Shown here: piece after piece, positions 40,385 to 54,971 of the stretch
Position numbering within the stretch: position 1 is the stretch's first letter
Layout of the letters: each line of letters starts with the position of its first letter
Origin: Octopus vulgaris
Lineage: Eukaryota
Reading direction: 5' to 3'
Assembly (NCBI GenBank): GCA_951406725.2
Contig: OX597821.1
Coordinates: forward strand, 28,830,001 to 28,894,000
Length of the DNA: 64,000 bases
The notes under the pieces: model-generated
What the model was told of the DNA's origin: nothing
The model's database searches: none
The model's input: only the letters and a program-made list of their open reading frames with translations
Translations under genes and position numbers: made by a program

Positions 40385-40619
40385 GTATTGATTAGAGAAG
40401 TATCAGTTTCCTATTATCCTGTAATGTACGTGAGTGTGTGTGTGTGTCTGTATGTGTGTGTGTGTGCGCGTATGTGTGTGTGTCTGTGTGTATGTGTGTC
40501 TGTCTGTGTGTCTGTGTGTGTCTGTGTCTGTCTGTGTGTCTGTGTGTCTTTGTGTGTGTGTGTATGTGTGTGTGTCTGTGTGTGTGTGTCTGTGTGTCTG
40601 TGTGTCTTTGTGTGTGTGT

Positions 40620-40688
<69 letters not shown>

Positions 40689-40700
40689 TGTGTGTGTGCG
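40303..40700. repeat. (GATA)n then (TG)n/(TCTG)n
   Basis: Direct reading. Confidence 0.9.
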
Positions 40701-41375
40701 TTTCTTTTCAATCCTTTGAAGTTTTCATTTCAGGAAGTGCAGATTTCCAACGCATCTCTGTCCATCAGTATAATTTAGCTAAGAAAGAATTAAGAACTGT
40801 GTAAGTATATGCATTGGCACTTATGTTTGGCTGTATGGAGGGACATTGGCTAGACAAACGGTTGGTGGATGAATGTCTTTCCTGCTTTTATTTTTCGAAT
40901 TTCTAACCAAAGTAAAATTGGACATCAACAAGGAAGCCGTTTTATGCATGCGAGACCGTATACATATATACATACAAGCATATAAGGATGTATGCAAGTA
41001 AGCATGTATCCATACGCATACACGGGTGCAGATCAGAATGAAATTGCATATATAGATGTATATATTTTCACATATGTAATAGTACGTTGCACTTGATTTC
41101 TTTTCCAGTCCCAGATCACTATGTCTGGTTTGTTAACCTTCTATTTTAATGCAGTCTTGCCCAGAACATATACGAATACACACAAGTGTGTACTCCAGTT
41201 TATGATGTTAATTGAAGGGGAGGGGAGCGTGGTGTAAATGCCAACAAATTTCTAAAGGAGTGGCTTGGTCTAATATAGTTGTCGTGCATCACACACACCC
41301 AGACATACAAGTTATATACACTTACACACGTACACATTCAAGCACGCACAGTCACAGACACACATACTTACATAC

Positions 41376-41433
<58 letters not shown>

Positions 41434-41450
41434 GTATGTATGTATGTATA

Positions 41451-41934
41451 CGAGTGGTACCCAAATGTAACCGGAAACGTTCTCTGTGGAACAAGCCCCT
41501 TGTAGTTCAGGCTTCCGCCGTAAGGAATCACTTAATGCCAACCTCAGGCATCAGTCTGCAGACCTGCGTAGTTCGCATTAGTCATACTGCCAGGTGGTGC
41601 GTCTTCGTTTTGCAGTGCTTCACCCCTTTTCGTCGATTTTTACGATGACTGAAACGAAGGGACATCGTACTTCCGTGAATTTCTGTTTTCTATAGACAGA
41701 AAACGGCAGCCATGACAGTTCTCATGCTTCAGACAGCTTACAAGGACGTTGCGATAAGCAAAACACAGGTTTACGAGTGGTCTCCACGCTTTAGGAATGG
41801 TCAATTGTCGTTCAGGACGGCCGTCGACTTCTTGAACGAATGAAAATCTCATGAAAATTGACAGACGTTTGATACGACCAACGTATCCTGGAGTTCCTGC
41901 CAAAAAGTTCTGAGCAAAGAATTGCGAATGAAAT

Positions 41935-41935
<1 letters not shown>
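41451..41935 (+). pseudogene. mariner 5' portion with internal deletions
   Basis: TA-CGAGTGGTACCCAAATGTAACCGGAA TIR-like start. MLQTAYKDVAISKTQVYEWSPRFRNG HTH and SGRPST. Confidence 0.65.
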
Positions 41936-42208
<273 letters not shown>

Positions 42209-42238
42209 ATGATTTATTGACTGATTGACTGATTCATC

Positions 42239-42452
42239 TAACTGAATTATTGTCAAGATTTCACTGTAATTATCGTCTTCACCCGCCGAAAAACGCCATT
42301 ATTGTTCCGATAAGACCCTTTAAATGACATTGTTGATACAATAAGACTCTCATAATAAAATTGTTGCTTTACATCTGCGAATGTCAATGTAGAGGAAGAG
42401 AACATCATGTCTGTAAAACATTCGAAGTTCTTCGTTTCATTTCTGTCTGTTG
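42239..42452 (+). repeat. ~210-bp dispersed duplication, copy 1 (copy 2 at 47053-47268)
   Basis: TAACTGAATTATTGTCAAGATTT...CCGAAAAACGCCATTATTGTT..GATAAGACCCTTTAAA...CTGTAAAACATT..AAGTTCTTCG colinear in both copies. Confidence 0.8.
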
Positions 42453-43268
42453 TTTGAGAATATGCATCCTTTTATAGGGCTGGATACAAACGTACTGTGA
42501 GAACTGGAATGATTTGAGTTCAAAATTCACTACTGCTTATCATTTTGAATTTATGAAACTTTAACCGAAATCTGATATCGAAGGATGTTTGCTTAGCATC
42601 AATTTCATAATGTTTGGCGAATATTAAATAAATCTCCCCACTGGGTAAGATGTCAGTCTATAATGAAAGCAATGAAGAATATATTTACTTTCCCCGAAAA
42701 TACAAATAAATTTTTGCAATTAAGTTCAATTCAATACTGTGCAAACCTGGCCATTGCACATTTGTCTACATTTTCGTGGCACGTATGTGAAGCTACCTGA
42801 TGCTAAAGCCTTTCTAAATTGCTGTTCTTGAAGTATAAATAAGACGTAATCGCGCAGGCCTATTATTTAAGGGGTTCCAGTGGCAACTATTCCATCTTGT
42901 TTGGTCATATATAACTTATTCAGTTCTATTTTCACAATATGCTCTCTCAACTTTTTAAGAGGAAGGCATGTAACGAGATACATCGAAGATCTTACGAAGT
43001 TTTTCGACCTGCGTGAAATATCAGCCACTCCCCTTTAAATATCTCACCTAGTACCATTTTAAAATCGAGAAGGTTACATTCAATAAAATAATCTAAATCT
43101 GCACTGTTAAAATGCTTTGATCATATATGTTCTCAATCTGAATCCACCAACTTTATTTGATAAAATACCGAATATAACCAAAACAAACACATTTGTTCAC
43201 TTCATTTATATCAGAAATTAGGCTGTTATCCAATAGATTATCCTTAAGACTTACCTTAAATAAATATA

Positions 43269-44557
43269 TTTGGTCATCCCATAAATAATGCAGTTTTTTT
43301 AATACCTTTATTTTTCAAAATGAAGATAAACAAAATTCTTTTTTAATCTAAAATATACTCTACTCTCCTCCACTTTCTACAATTCTTTTGTACTTATCTG
43401 GTCGACTTGCAGCGCCCCTCTTCCAAAATTCATTTGTCCATGACGAAAAATACTCCTCAAGTACTGTTCTAACCGCGTCTGCAGAGTACATATTTTTCCC
43501 AACCAAATGATTTCGAAGTCTTCGAATAAATGATAATCAGATGGGGCAATGTCCGACGAATATGGTGTGTGGGGCATTGGTTCCCATTCAAACTGCTCCA
43601 GCCTTTAGTAATATCATCTTCTCTGTATGTGACCGAACATTAGCCTGATGGTAGAACACCTTTTGTCTAGAAACCAAAGATGGTCGTTTTTCTTCTAGCA
43701 CTGACTTAAGCCGCTTAAGCTTCTTGCAGTAGATCTCCTTTGTTATCGCTTGGAATGGGTTTCAATATTCAAAGTGGACTAAACCTTTCATATCCTACCA
43801 AACAGATAACAAAACCTTACGTGGGTGAAGACCTTCTTTAGCCTGAGGTGCCAGTGTTTTTCCTTTCCCTATCCTTTCCCTACCCACTACTTTCGCTTCT
43901 TGACATTTTTATAGGGAACCCATTTCTCGTCACCAGTCACTATTCGTCCCCCCAAAAAGGTTCATTCGTGAGACGTACCAGCAAAGAAGAACACACATTC
44001 ACTTTCTGCGCGCGATTAGACTCGGAAAGGTTGTGAGGAACCCATTGAACCAATTTGTTGACTTTTCCGATGACCCGCAATTATCGATGGATGGCCGAAT
44101 GACCAAATCCAAGCTTCTCTGTTAGTTCCTCAACAATTACGATGGGATTTTGTTCCACCAGGGTTTGCAAGACGTCCTCATCGATCGCTATAGACTTTCC
44201 AGGATGAGGCTCATCTTCAAGGCTGTGTTTTCCGGCTCGGAATTTCTGGAACTACCGTTGACACTGGTTTACGATCTTGTCCGATCCCCATATACATATA
44301 TATAATATTCTTCGCACTTTCCATTGCGTTGTTGCTTTTATTGAACTCATAAAGCAAAATATGCCGAATACGCTCTTTCGTCACTTCCATTTTAACTTTG
44401 AAAAAATAACTATTAAAATCGAACTGCAATGTTCAAAACTTGCCCTAAGAAGAAGCACAAGGTAAAATTACTACCTGCTTTTAAAACAAGTTGATGCCAG
44501 TAATCTATCCCGAACCCCTGCAACTGAAAAAACCGCATTATTTATGGGATGACCCAA
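43269..44557 (-). mobile_element. full-length mariner transposon, transposase pseudogene
   Basis: TIRs TTTGGTCATCCCATAAATAATGC / GCATTATTTATGGGATGACCCAA flanked by TA. MEVTKERIRHILLYEF and PHTPYSSDIAPSDYHLF. Confidence 0.9.
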
Positions 44558-44729
44558 TAATTCATCAGCTAGAATTATAATAATGCTTAATGTATGGTGA
44601 GGACAATAACTTTAATTAATGAAAACTATCCTGGCCTAACAGGCTTCTTGACTGACGATCGTACGGTTGTGGAATTGATTTCCGGATCACTCGGCGCCTT
44701 TTATCGTGTGGCAATGTATTTTAAAAATT

Positions 44730-45004
44730 CTTTTATTGTTTCAGTTATTCGACTGTAGCCATGCTGGAGCATCTCCTTGAAGGCTTTTAGTCGAACAAAT
44801 GGACCTTAGGACTTATTTTTTTTAGGTTGAGTACTTATTATATCGGTTTCTATTGCCGGACCACCAAGTTATGGGGACGTAATCATACCACACCGTTTGT
44901 CAAGCGATGATAGGGTGAGAGTCACAGAAACAAAGACACACACACTGAGATATACATAATCATACATACACGCATAAATATATACACATATATATCATAT
45001 ATAA

Positions 45005-45038
<34 letters not shown>

Positions 45039-45180
45039 GCGACGAGCTTCTTTTAGTTTCCGTCTACCAAATCCGCCGAAAAGACTTTGGTCGGCCCAAG
45101 ACTACAGTAGAAGACACTTGCCTAAGGTTCCACGTTGAAATAGGAAGCAAGCTTCTCATCGCACAGCCACGCATGCGCCA
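44730..45180 (-). mobile_element. SINE family B
   Basis: TTGTTTCAGT...GCCATGCTGGAGCA...AGTTTCCGTCTACCAAATCC...AGAAGACACTTGCCTAAGG...CACAGCCACGCATGCGCC. Confidence 0.75.
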
Positions 45181-47052
45181 ATGTAGTTTATTATTTTCAC
45201 TTTTTTTATTTGATTCATCATGAAATGAATTGTATTAGCTACACAGGGAAGCCTCATTAACCACTCGTCGCACATTCTGAAAGTGTCAACAGACATTAAT
45301 GGCTGTGCTGCACTGAATAAGAGTACAAATTTCAAGGGCGACCATTCAAAACCAGAAAAATTATTCTGCTTGAAATGGCCTGATGCATTTAAGTCCCAAT
45401 TAATTAAAATTAGAAATATGCAATGAAGTGGTATTAAGTTCATATTTTTGGATTAAAGTTTCTTTGAACATACAAAATGTTTCTCTGATAAAAAGGAATG
45501 ATGAAACAAAAACAAATCAATAAATAAATAAACACACATTTATCCTTATATGAATATAAAATAAAATTGAAAGTTTACAAATCTTAGTTGCTTTAGCGTT
45601 TAGTGAATTAGTATCTACGTATTTAAGAGTAATTAATATAATTAATATTTTTGCAATTAATATAATTGGTATTTTCGTAGTTTTTCAATTAACGTTATTG
45701 CTTTAAGAGGTTGATGAGATGAGGCTGACGTCAGAGACCATAGATCACCATAGTAAATGTCTTTGAGACTTCAGTTTCATTCCTCGATACTGTGAATTCG
45801 CATCCTGCAAAGGTCGACATTTATTTCACTTTTTCCAGATCGATAAAATGATAACATAAAATTAAATTAATTATACCTATACCCTTGCTTATTTAATAGA
45901 AATCGATAATGAACTTCCTGGAATGATGGTATTGACTGCAATATCACGTCGTTAGACTAAACGTTTTATGGTGTTGACAGCCATGCATATAGGTACGATG
46001 GTGTTTTTTACGTCGCTTTGCCTTATTTTTGTCGAGATTGTAAAGATCTGTATCGAAAGGCGGACCAACATAAGATCTGCCATCTTGTTGTTTTCTTCAG
46101 CTATTTAATCTAGTATTACATTATCCAGTGTATCCTTCCTTTTTTATAATAATATTTTGACTTGAGTAAAGCTTGTCTGATATCTGTAATAAGTCGAGCA
46201 ACTATACGGAGGCTTTATAATTCTAAATTGAGATTCTAAATTCAAATAGTATAGTTGAAATTAACAAATGATACCGATGTAATCAATATAATCAATATTC
46301 GTCATTAATATTCTATCTCTGCAATCGACTAAAACCCGTTTTATGATAGTACTAATTATTAGTAAACAGAAACTTATACTCTTTCCTGAGTATGTAGACT
46401 GTTTAAGCAGACTCAACATTGACTAACGAAACGTTAGATCGATGGGGGATAAATATCTCCTTGTTTATTACATCAGTGGGAGCTTTTCTTGAAATAAAAA
46501 TCAAGCATGCCATGTTTGCCAACTGTTTGCTAAATATTTAATATATCCCAGTCGGGTTTTGACAATTTATGTGGCCATGAGGCTATGGTCGAACGATAAG
46601 AGTCTTATTTAACCGTTCTCACTGTCAAAAGAAACGAGAGTAGATAATAAAGTAATGGGTTCCATTGAACCGTTCTTCTCCTTTCTTAATCCATGATTCT
46701 GGACACAAGAAACAAGAAGTAACATATTGTACTCTATAGTGTACACTATAGTAACATATCGTACGCTATAATGCTTTTTCGCATATTTCGTTTTGTATTA
46801 ATAAGAGTGGAAATAGTTTGCAGTTTGAGTCTCTTTCAAGCTCTGTATAACGGAAAGTATTTTTTAGCCAGCTTGCATTTCTGTGTTCAAATATTACCAG
46901 GCTTAGTGAATACATTTCCACCTCACTTTCTCTTTACCTTAGTCAAATACTTGCTTATAAAATTATTCAACCACATAATTGATTATGGAACCGACTAACT
47001 ATTACTTATCTATTTCTCTAAAGTACTACAGTAGAAGTCTCCTTCCGGCATA

Positions 47053-47268
47053 TAACTGAATTATTGTCAAGATTTTACAATAATTATGGTCTTCGCCTCC
47101 GAAAAACGCCATTATTGTTAAGATAAGACCCTTTAAACGACACCGTTAATACAATAAGACTTTCATAATAAAATTGCCTTATTTTACAACTCAGAATAAC
47201 AGTGCAGAGGAAGATAATGTCATGCCTGTAAAACATTGCAAGTTCTTCGCTTCATTCATATCTGTTTG
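47053..47268 (+). repeat. ~210-bp dispersed duplication, copy 2
   Basis: See 42239-42452. Confidence 0.8.
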
Positions 47269-48110
47269 CGAATATATATTCTCTGATGGCGAATACGAAA
47301 CACGTGGACGGTACATGCTAAGACAATACATGTACACCAGTTATAAAGCAGCCAGCAGCATAGGCACTAACTTTGTTCACTGGATGAAAATCGAAGTACC
47401 TGCTTTCTATCACCGTACCTCTAATTATGAGGGTAATTGGTGGTGAAGAAAAAGTTGGTAACGAGTTAGATAATTTAATTCCGGTGTACTGCAAAATTAT
47501 GCCTTGACAGAAAAAAATTAATGAGAAACCTTTTATTTTGCTTTAACTTTACGGCATTTTAGGTTGATACGGCAACAGCCTCTCGTCATCGAGTGGCTTG
47601 CTGTCAGTTTCGACCAATGTCATTCAGCTCATATGTCTTAAATGAATATTCCACAGACAGGAAGATAATTCTCTTACCGAATGAGTGTGATACAATACAT
47701 AAGAAAGCTGGGCTTCAATTGCCCAGTGAGATAAAAACAGAGAGAAAGCAGGCAAGTAAGCAAGAAAGCAATTATCGGTCCTAGTGCTGTATTTACTTCA
47801 TTTATCGACCCCCGTAAGAATAAGTAGTAACTTAGTGGAAGTTGAGCTAAGAGAACAGAGGACCGGAAGAAATGTCGTAAAACATTCTAGTCAACGCTCT
47901 AAGGACTATATTTAGTTGCTAACTTGGCTTCAGATTAAGTGGATGATGACTTTAGCAAGTCGTAAAAGGATTTAAGCTGGTCCTTTATTCTAAGTCATCC
48001 ATTGTCCTTTTCTTTCCCATTGCTCGCGCCATCTCCCAGAAATAAATGTTAAATCTCTTTTATAGCACACCCTATTTGCTTAAAATAACAAAAACAAAAT
48101 ATTTAGATTC

Positions 48111-48265
48111 TGGCTGTGTGGTAAGTAGCTTGCTAACCAACCACATGGATCCGGATTCAGTCCCACTGCGTGGCATCTTAGGCAAGTGTCTTCTGCTATA
48201 GGCCCGGGCCGACCAATGCCTTGTGAGTGGATTTGGTAGACGGAAACTGAAAGAAGCCTGTCGTA

Positions 48266-48344
<79 letters not shown>

Positions 48345-48571
48345 ATGTATGTGTGTGTGTGTTTTTGTGTGTCTGTGTTTGTCATTGCTTGACAACCGAT
48401 GCTGGTGTGTTTACGTCCCCTTCACTTAGCGGTTCGGCAAAAGAGACCGATAGAATAAGTACTGGGCTTACAAATAATAAGTCCCGGGGTCGATTTGCTC
48501 GACTAAAGGCGGTGCTCCAGCATGGCCGCAGTCAAATGACTGAAACAAGTAAAAGAGTAAAAGAGTAAAAG
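48111..48571 (+). mobile_element. SINE family B, near full length, with internal (TA)n(TG)n
   Basis: A box TGGCTGTGTGG, B box GGATTCAGTCCC, internal microsatellite, (GTAAAAGA)n tail. Confidence 0.85.
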
Positions 48572-49137
48572 TATATCCATAGATATACATTATATCTGAA
48601 TAATGATGAGAGTCTCATACATTATACGCCTTGTATAATGGTTTTTCTCAATCATGGTTTACTTTTGACTAATCAACATCAACAAACAATGAAAGCTGTC
48701 TAATTTTGATTTTAGACAATAGACATATCATCAAAACTTTTTATCTTCCCCGATTTGTTGTTGTTGTTGCTGGTGTTGTTGTTGTCTTTGTTGTTTAAAT
48801 TCAGATCAGTCCTGTTCGAACAAAATTATAACATTCCAGTTATGGTCATACCATCGTATGTTCACTTGTCTACTTATATCGTTCTGATTTTAAGATAAGG
48901 TGTGATTTGAGTGGAGGTTTGGTTGCTATATCTGGCTGCTCTAACGACTTCTTAAAGTTTCCCTTACAAAATCGGCTGCCATTTGCTTTTTGTTGCTGTT
49001 GTAGTTGATGTTGTTTACCTGTGAGTAAATCCCCCGATTGATTAGTCAAAATCTCCTATCAAAAACAATCCATTTGTGACTATCCGACTCATCCTTCTAT
49101 AAGGCAGGTACGATAAAATTCGATCGAGAGAGAGAGA

Positions 49138-49169
<32 letters not shown>

Positions 49170-49174
49170 GCTTC

Positions 49175-50767
49175 TGTAGCTATTTCTAGCATGTGGTTGA
49201 CCACATAGAAGCGATTCAACTTGCCCCGTTGTCATCTGGTACAATACTAGAAGACGTTTTCAAGACTGTAGGGTCATGAGAAAATAGTTTCTTCTCTGTC
49301 TTTTTACTAATACTTTCACAGAGAAGGAGGGCTTGTGTAGCTATTTCTAGCATGTGGTTGACCGCATAGAAGCGATTCAACTTGCCCCGTTGTCATCTGG
49401 TACAATACTAGAAGACCTATTCAAGACTGTGGGGTCATGAGAAAATAGTTTCTTCTCTGTCTTTTTACTAATACTTTCACAGAGAAGGAGGGCTTGTGTA
49501 GCTATTTCTAGCATGTGGTTGACCACATAGAAGCGATTCAACTTGCCCCGTTGTCATCTGCTACAATACTAGAAGACCTATTCAAGACTGTGGGGTCATG
49601 ATAAAATAGTTTCTTCTCTGTCTTTTTACTAATACTTTCACAGAAAAGGAGGGCTTGTGTAGCTATTTCTAGCATGTGGTTGACCACATAGAAGCGATTC
49701 AACTTGCCCCGTTGTCATCTGGTACAATACTAGAAGACCTATTCAAGACTGTAGGGTCACGAGAAAATAGTTTCTTCTCTGTCTTTTTACTAATACTTTC
49801 ACAGAGAGGGAGGGCTTGTGTAGCTATTTCTAGCATGTGGTTGACCACATAGAAGCGATTCAACTTGCCCCGATGTCATCTGGTACAATACTAGAAGACG
49901 TATTCAAGAATGTAGGGTCACGAGAAAATAGTTTCTTCTCTGTCTTTTTACTAATACTTTCATAGAGAGGGAGGGCTTGTGTAGCTATTTCTAGCATGTG
50001 GTTGACCACATAGAAGCTATTCAACTTGCCCCGTTGTCATCTGGTACAATACTAGAAGACGTATTCAAGACTGTGGGGTCACGAGAAAATAGTTTCTTCT
50101 GTGTCTTTTTACTAATATTTCACAGAGAAGGAGGGCTTGTGTAGCTATTTCTAGCATGTGGTTGACCACATAGAAGCGATTCAACTTGCTCCGTTGTCAT
50201 CTGGTACAATACTAGAAGACGTATTCAAGACTGTAGGGTCATGAGAAAATAGTTTCTTCTCTGTCTTTTTACTAATACTTTCACAGAGAAGGAGGGCTTG
50301 TGTAGCTATTTCTAGCATGTGGTTGACCACATAGAAGCGATTCAACTTGCTCCGTTGTCATCTGGTACAATACTAGAAGACGTATTCAAGACTGTAGGGT
50401 CATGAGAAAATAGTTTCTTCTGTGTCTTTTTACTAATACTTTCACAGAGAAGGAGGGCTTGTGTAGCTATTTCTAGCATGTGGTTGACCACATAGAAGCG
50501 ATTCAACTTGCCCCGTTGTCATCTGCTACAATACTAGAAGACGTATTTAAGACTGTAGGGTCATGAGAAAATAGTTTCTTCTGTCTTTTTACTAATACTT
50601 TCACAGAGAGGGGAGGGCTTGTGTAGCTATTTCTAGCATGTGGTTGACCACATAGAAGCTATTCAACTTGCCCCGTTGTCATCTGGTACAATACTAGAAG
50701 ACGTATTCAAGACTGTGGGGTCACGAGAAAATAGTTTCTTCTCTGTCTTTTTACTAATACTTTCACA
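49175..50767 (+). repeat. tandem array of ~161-bp units, ~10 copies
   Basis: TGTAGCTATTTCTAGCATGTGGTTGACC starts at 49175, 49336, 49497, 49658, 49819, 49980, 50140, 50301, 50462 and 50622. Confidence 0.95.
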
Positions 50768-51318
50768 AAGCAGGACTGTGTTGTCTTACATTGAAATGTG
50801 TAGAAATATGTTTCGTCCTCCCGTGTATTCCTATTGTTATCATCTTTACCTATTGTAATCTCTGTCTACTAAGAGATATATATTATTGTACTCAATCATG
50901 TTTTCATTTTTTACTGTATTTTAAATTTATTTATTTATTTATTTTACTATTGAAAATAGTATTGTTTGTGTAACATTATACGTTATTGTATGCTACTTTT
51001 CTGTTATTTTGTATAATCGCTGTTTTTGTTATCGCATTATCATGTTTTATGATATTTTATTTATTTAAAAAAAAAAATTAAATATTGTGTTTGAATCAAT
51101 GGAGCAGCTTAGGTTACAATGATATTATCTTTGTAACTACAATGACAATGAATATTATTGATTTGTTTTTCAATTGAATTGAATACTTTTTTTTAATGCA
51201 AAATAAATCAATATTGACTTTTAGACACAAAACTAACCCCTGTATATCAATTATTTTTCTAAACTGGCACGAGGCCACAACTTTTAGAGGCTAGGTGTAA
51301 ACTATTACCTCATACCCG

Positions 51319-51409
<91 letters not shown>

Positions 51410-52797
51410 ATATATACGATCTACTGTTCACCTTATTGATCTTGATTGTGGAGACATGAAAGGCTAAGTCTACCTTGGTGATATATAATTGTCACAAAGC
51501 ATTTAAATCGATGTCATCTTTTGTCAATAATTTCAATACCGAGTTGCCAGCTGAATATGTGTCCACTATCTCGTTTGATACTAAATGAATCTAGAGGCAA
51601 GGACGTTGTTTATGCCTTTTGCTGGTGCCCAGAAACCACTGAGCTTGATGCTGCTAATATACTGAAATTGTTGTTGATCAAAATCTGCAGCAAAGGAATC
51701 GGCGAGGAGTAAACGCCAGATGATCGAAGTTCTAGAGGAAAGGAAGATCCATAATGGTTAGGGTGGGGCCAGGAAGTGGGGGATTAGTGCACCAAGAATG
51801 ACAAATGGTGGGAATACAAGTGGTTTGAGGGTTTCCTAAATGGTAGAGTCAGCTTCATTGAACAGAGTGCATTATAGTGAGACAAATACAGTAGAATGAA
51901 GACCTGTAAGTCAGAGGCTAGACCCTATTATTTAGTGAATGACAAAGAAGGCATGACAAATGTAAGCAAGTGATTGGAAAGTGCCCCTTAGTGACAGCGG
52001 ATAGAAACATTGCGTCTGTGACTTCGAGACTGGAGTGTGTTCCTTAGGGACTGAGAAGGGATAGCACAACTGTGGACAGAAGCTGGAACTTGTCCACTGT
52101 ATGGTTTGGTTAATCTGTTACAAATATACGCTAAGACCTCCTCCTATCACGTTTTATTCTCTGCAGAACGAAAACTGATTGAGAATAATGTAATCCTTGG
52201 CACACTGTGTTGCTGGGGGAAAAACAGGAGGAGTTTGAGGGGAGAGTTTGAACACCAGCTATCATAGGGTTGCTAATACTGAGTTGTGGGCTATATAAAC
52301 AACTAGAAATAATATTGCATTTGGAGTAGACACAAATGTCATATTTTAGAGAAAAGAAAAAGGAACATGTGAAACTCAAACATGTCTGCCGTGTAACACC
52401 AAATCTGTTCAACGTTTTTCTTTTTTAATTTTCTTCACACGACAATCCCAGTAATATAGCCGGGTCGTGTCAGTTGGTTGAATTGATGTGCAGTAGTATA
52501 TTGTGTAAATTTTATCAAGTGAATTCAAAGAGTTATTAAATAATATCTTTTTTTCAAAAAAAAAATCAATAACTCATTTTTCATTTGTTTCATTTCAGAC
52601 AGTGAGAAAAATAATTGTAAAAGTCATGTGCGCACTTAAACAAACTCATTTCTTACCGAATGTATTAGCGAGACATGATATACGAGTGTGCCTGCGTGTG
52701 TGTGTGTGTGTATGTGCGTGTGTATGTTTATGTATTTATATGCATATAGATAGTTTTGATAGACAGATATATGCATATAGACATATATATATATATA

Positions 52798-52847
<50 letters not shown>

Positions 52848-52934
52848 ATATATATATAGTGTATGAGAAAGGAGAGACGCATGGGATGTATGCGTTTGTA
52901 CTTATAATTATCTGCAAGTATACACGCACACACA

Positions 52935-52981
<47 letters not shown>

Positions 52982-53030
52982 AACATACATACATATTATA
53001 TGTATGCATTTATATTATATGTATATATAC

Positions 53031-53095
<65 letters not shown>

Positions 53096-53420
53096 CAAGG
53101 CATGTATGCATGTATGCGTGTGTACATATATATATGCATGTAAATATATATATGTGTGTATGTATGGGAGTGAATGTATGTGTAGTATTATTTGATAGCG
53201 TGGGAACATGAAAACTATAGATAACCATAAATCACCATAACAACGCTTGATAAACATCAGTTAAGATACCACGCACAATACGGCTGCACAACCTGCAAGA
53301 AACACCAGCCAAATGCCACCTAATAAACTCTTTACGTTGTAGCAAAGAGGAATATGTTAAACAATGTGGTTATGTTCAAGAAACGACAAGTTGGTCATGA
53401 CTGAAAGATTCTTGGTTGTA

Positions 53421-54683
53421 CGAGGGGCGTTCAATAAGTAATGCCCCTGACCCACTTGCATTTGTTTGATCTGGCTGAAATTTGCACTTATTGATACTTC
53501 TATAGATTAAGTGGCGAATCACAGCTCTGAACTAATTGTGGTTTCTGACTTACAGGTGTTTGAACTGAGTCAAGTGTGAAATGGAGCCTGTTGAGTGTCG
53601 AGCAGTGATCTGGTTTTTGTATTTGAAAGGACGCACATCACGGGAGACTTTTGATGAAATGAAAGTAACTTATGGTGATGATGCCCCATCATATGACCTT
53701 GTAAAACGCCTGCATTGTGAATTCAAACATGGTCGGAACTCTGTGGAAACAGCTCCCAGATCTGGTCGCCCCCTTCTGCCGTTGATGAGACGTCTGTCCG
53801 TCAAGTTGAGGCTGCCATTTTGGAAGGTCAACGCATAACTATTCGCCAAATAGCCTATGAGGTCAAGATTAGTACCGGGTCTGTGGAAACTATCATTAAT
53901 GACCATTTGCATATGCAAAAGGTGTCTGCCAGATGGATTTCCAGGTTGCTCACACCTTTCCAGAAGCAAGAACGCGTTGAGTGCTCGAGGATGAATTTGG
54001 AGATGTGCCAAGAAGATGAGTCAAAACTTTTCAAAAGACTGATCTCACAGGATAAAACCTGGGTCCATCACTATGATCCATAGACCAAAGCCCAGTCAAT
54101 GCTGTGAAAGCACCGTGACTCACCTCCTCCAAAGAAGGCAAGGGTACAGCCCTCCGCTGACAAGGTTATGCTCACAGTCTTCTGGGACCAGGACGGAGTA
54201 GTGATGACAGATTTCCTGGCAAAGGGTACCACAATCACAGGAGCCTATTATGCTTCACTTTTGAGGAAATTAAGAGAAGCTATCAAAATCAAGAGGCGGG
54301 GCAAGATCAGCAAAGGCATCCTCCTCCTGCAGGACAACGCTCCCGTCCACAACTCGCGTGTCGCCAGATCAGAAGCACAGGCGTGCAGCTATGAACTCCT
54401 CCCCTTGCACCCTCTGATTTTCACCTCTTCCCAGCCATGAAGTTGATTTTGAAAGGAAAGCGTTTCCCAGATGATGCAGCCTTGATTTCTGAAGTCATGT
54501 CGTGGTTGGAGGACCAAGCTGGGGTCTTCTACAAAAACGGTCTCCAAAGCTGTATCAAACGATGGGAGAAATGCATAACTCTGGGTAGTTCCTATGTAGG
54601 AAAAGACTAATAACTATGCCAAGTGTCGTTGCTCTACTGCTATGGGAAGTGGGTTAGGGGCATTACTTATTGAACGCCCCTCG
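53421..54683 (+). mobile_element. full-length mariner transposon (1263 bp)
   Basis: TIRs CGAGGGGCGTTCAATAAGTAATGCCCCTGACCCACTT / AAGTGGGTTAGGGGCATTACTTATTGAACGCCCCTCG. TA TSD at 53419-53420 and 54684-54685. Confidence 0.95.
53581..54610 (+). pseudogene. mariner DD34D-type transposase with frameshift, stops and a small deletion
   Basis: MEPVECRAVI..., RSGRP, KVSARWISRLL, DKTWVHHYDP, KVMLTVFWD, LQDNAPVH, LAPSDFHLF (HPPYSPD deleted). Confidence 0.9.
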
Positions 54684-54896
54684 TAGGTTCACTTAAGGAT
54701 AGGTTTCACTCGACGATATAAGAATAAGTAACAGTGACAAATGACTTAATCATTCGTAGCTTAATACTGGGGTTTAACTTGAAATCTGAATAGAACAAGA
54801 CTAAGTGTATTTCAATGGATGTTGTTTATCGATTAACACCTTATAAAGTATCGCCATTTGCTTGTTGGTTGGAGCTTATAAACACAAATACATACA

Positions 54897-54939
54897 CGTT
54901 GATGATATCTTTGTTGTTGTTGTTGCTGTTGTTGATGAC

Positions 54940-54971
<32 letters not shown>

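Noticed and set aside
49175-50767. Possible CRISPR array
   Set aside because: Whole 161-bp units repeat with no unique spacers, no cas genes, eukaryotic context.
51480-52400. Possible old LINE fragment (GC-richer block)
   Set aside because: No unambiguous RT or endonuclease motif readable; needs tBLASTn/Dfam.
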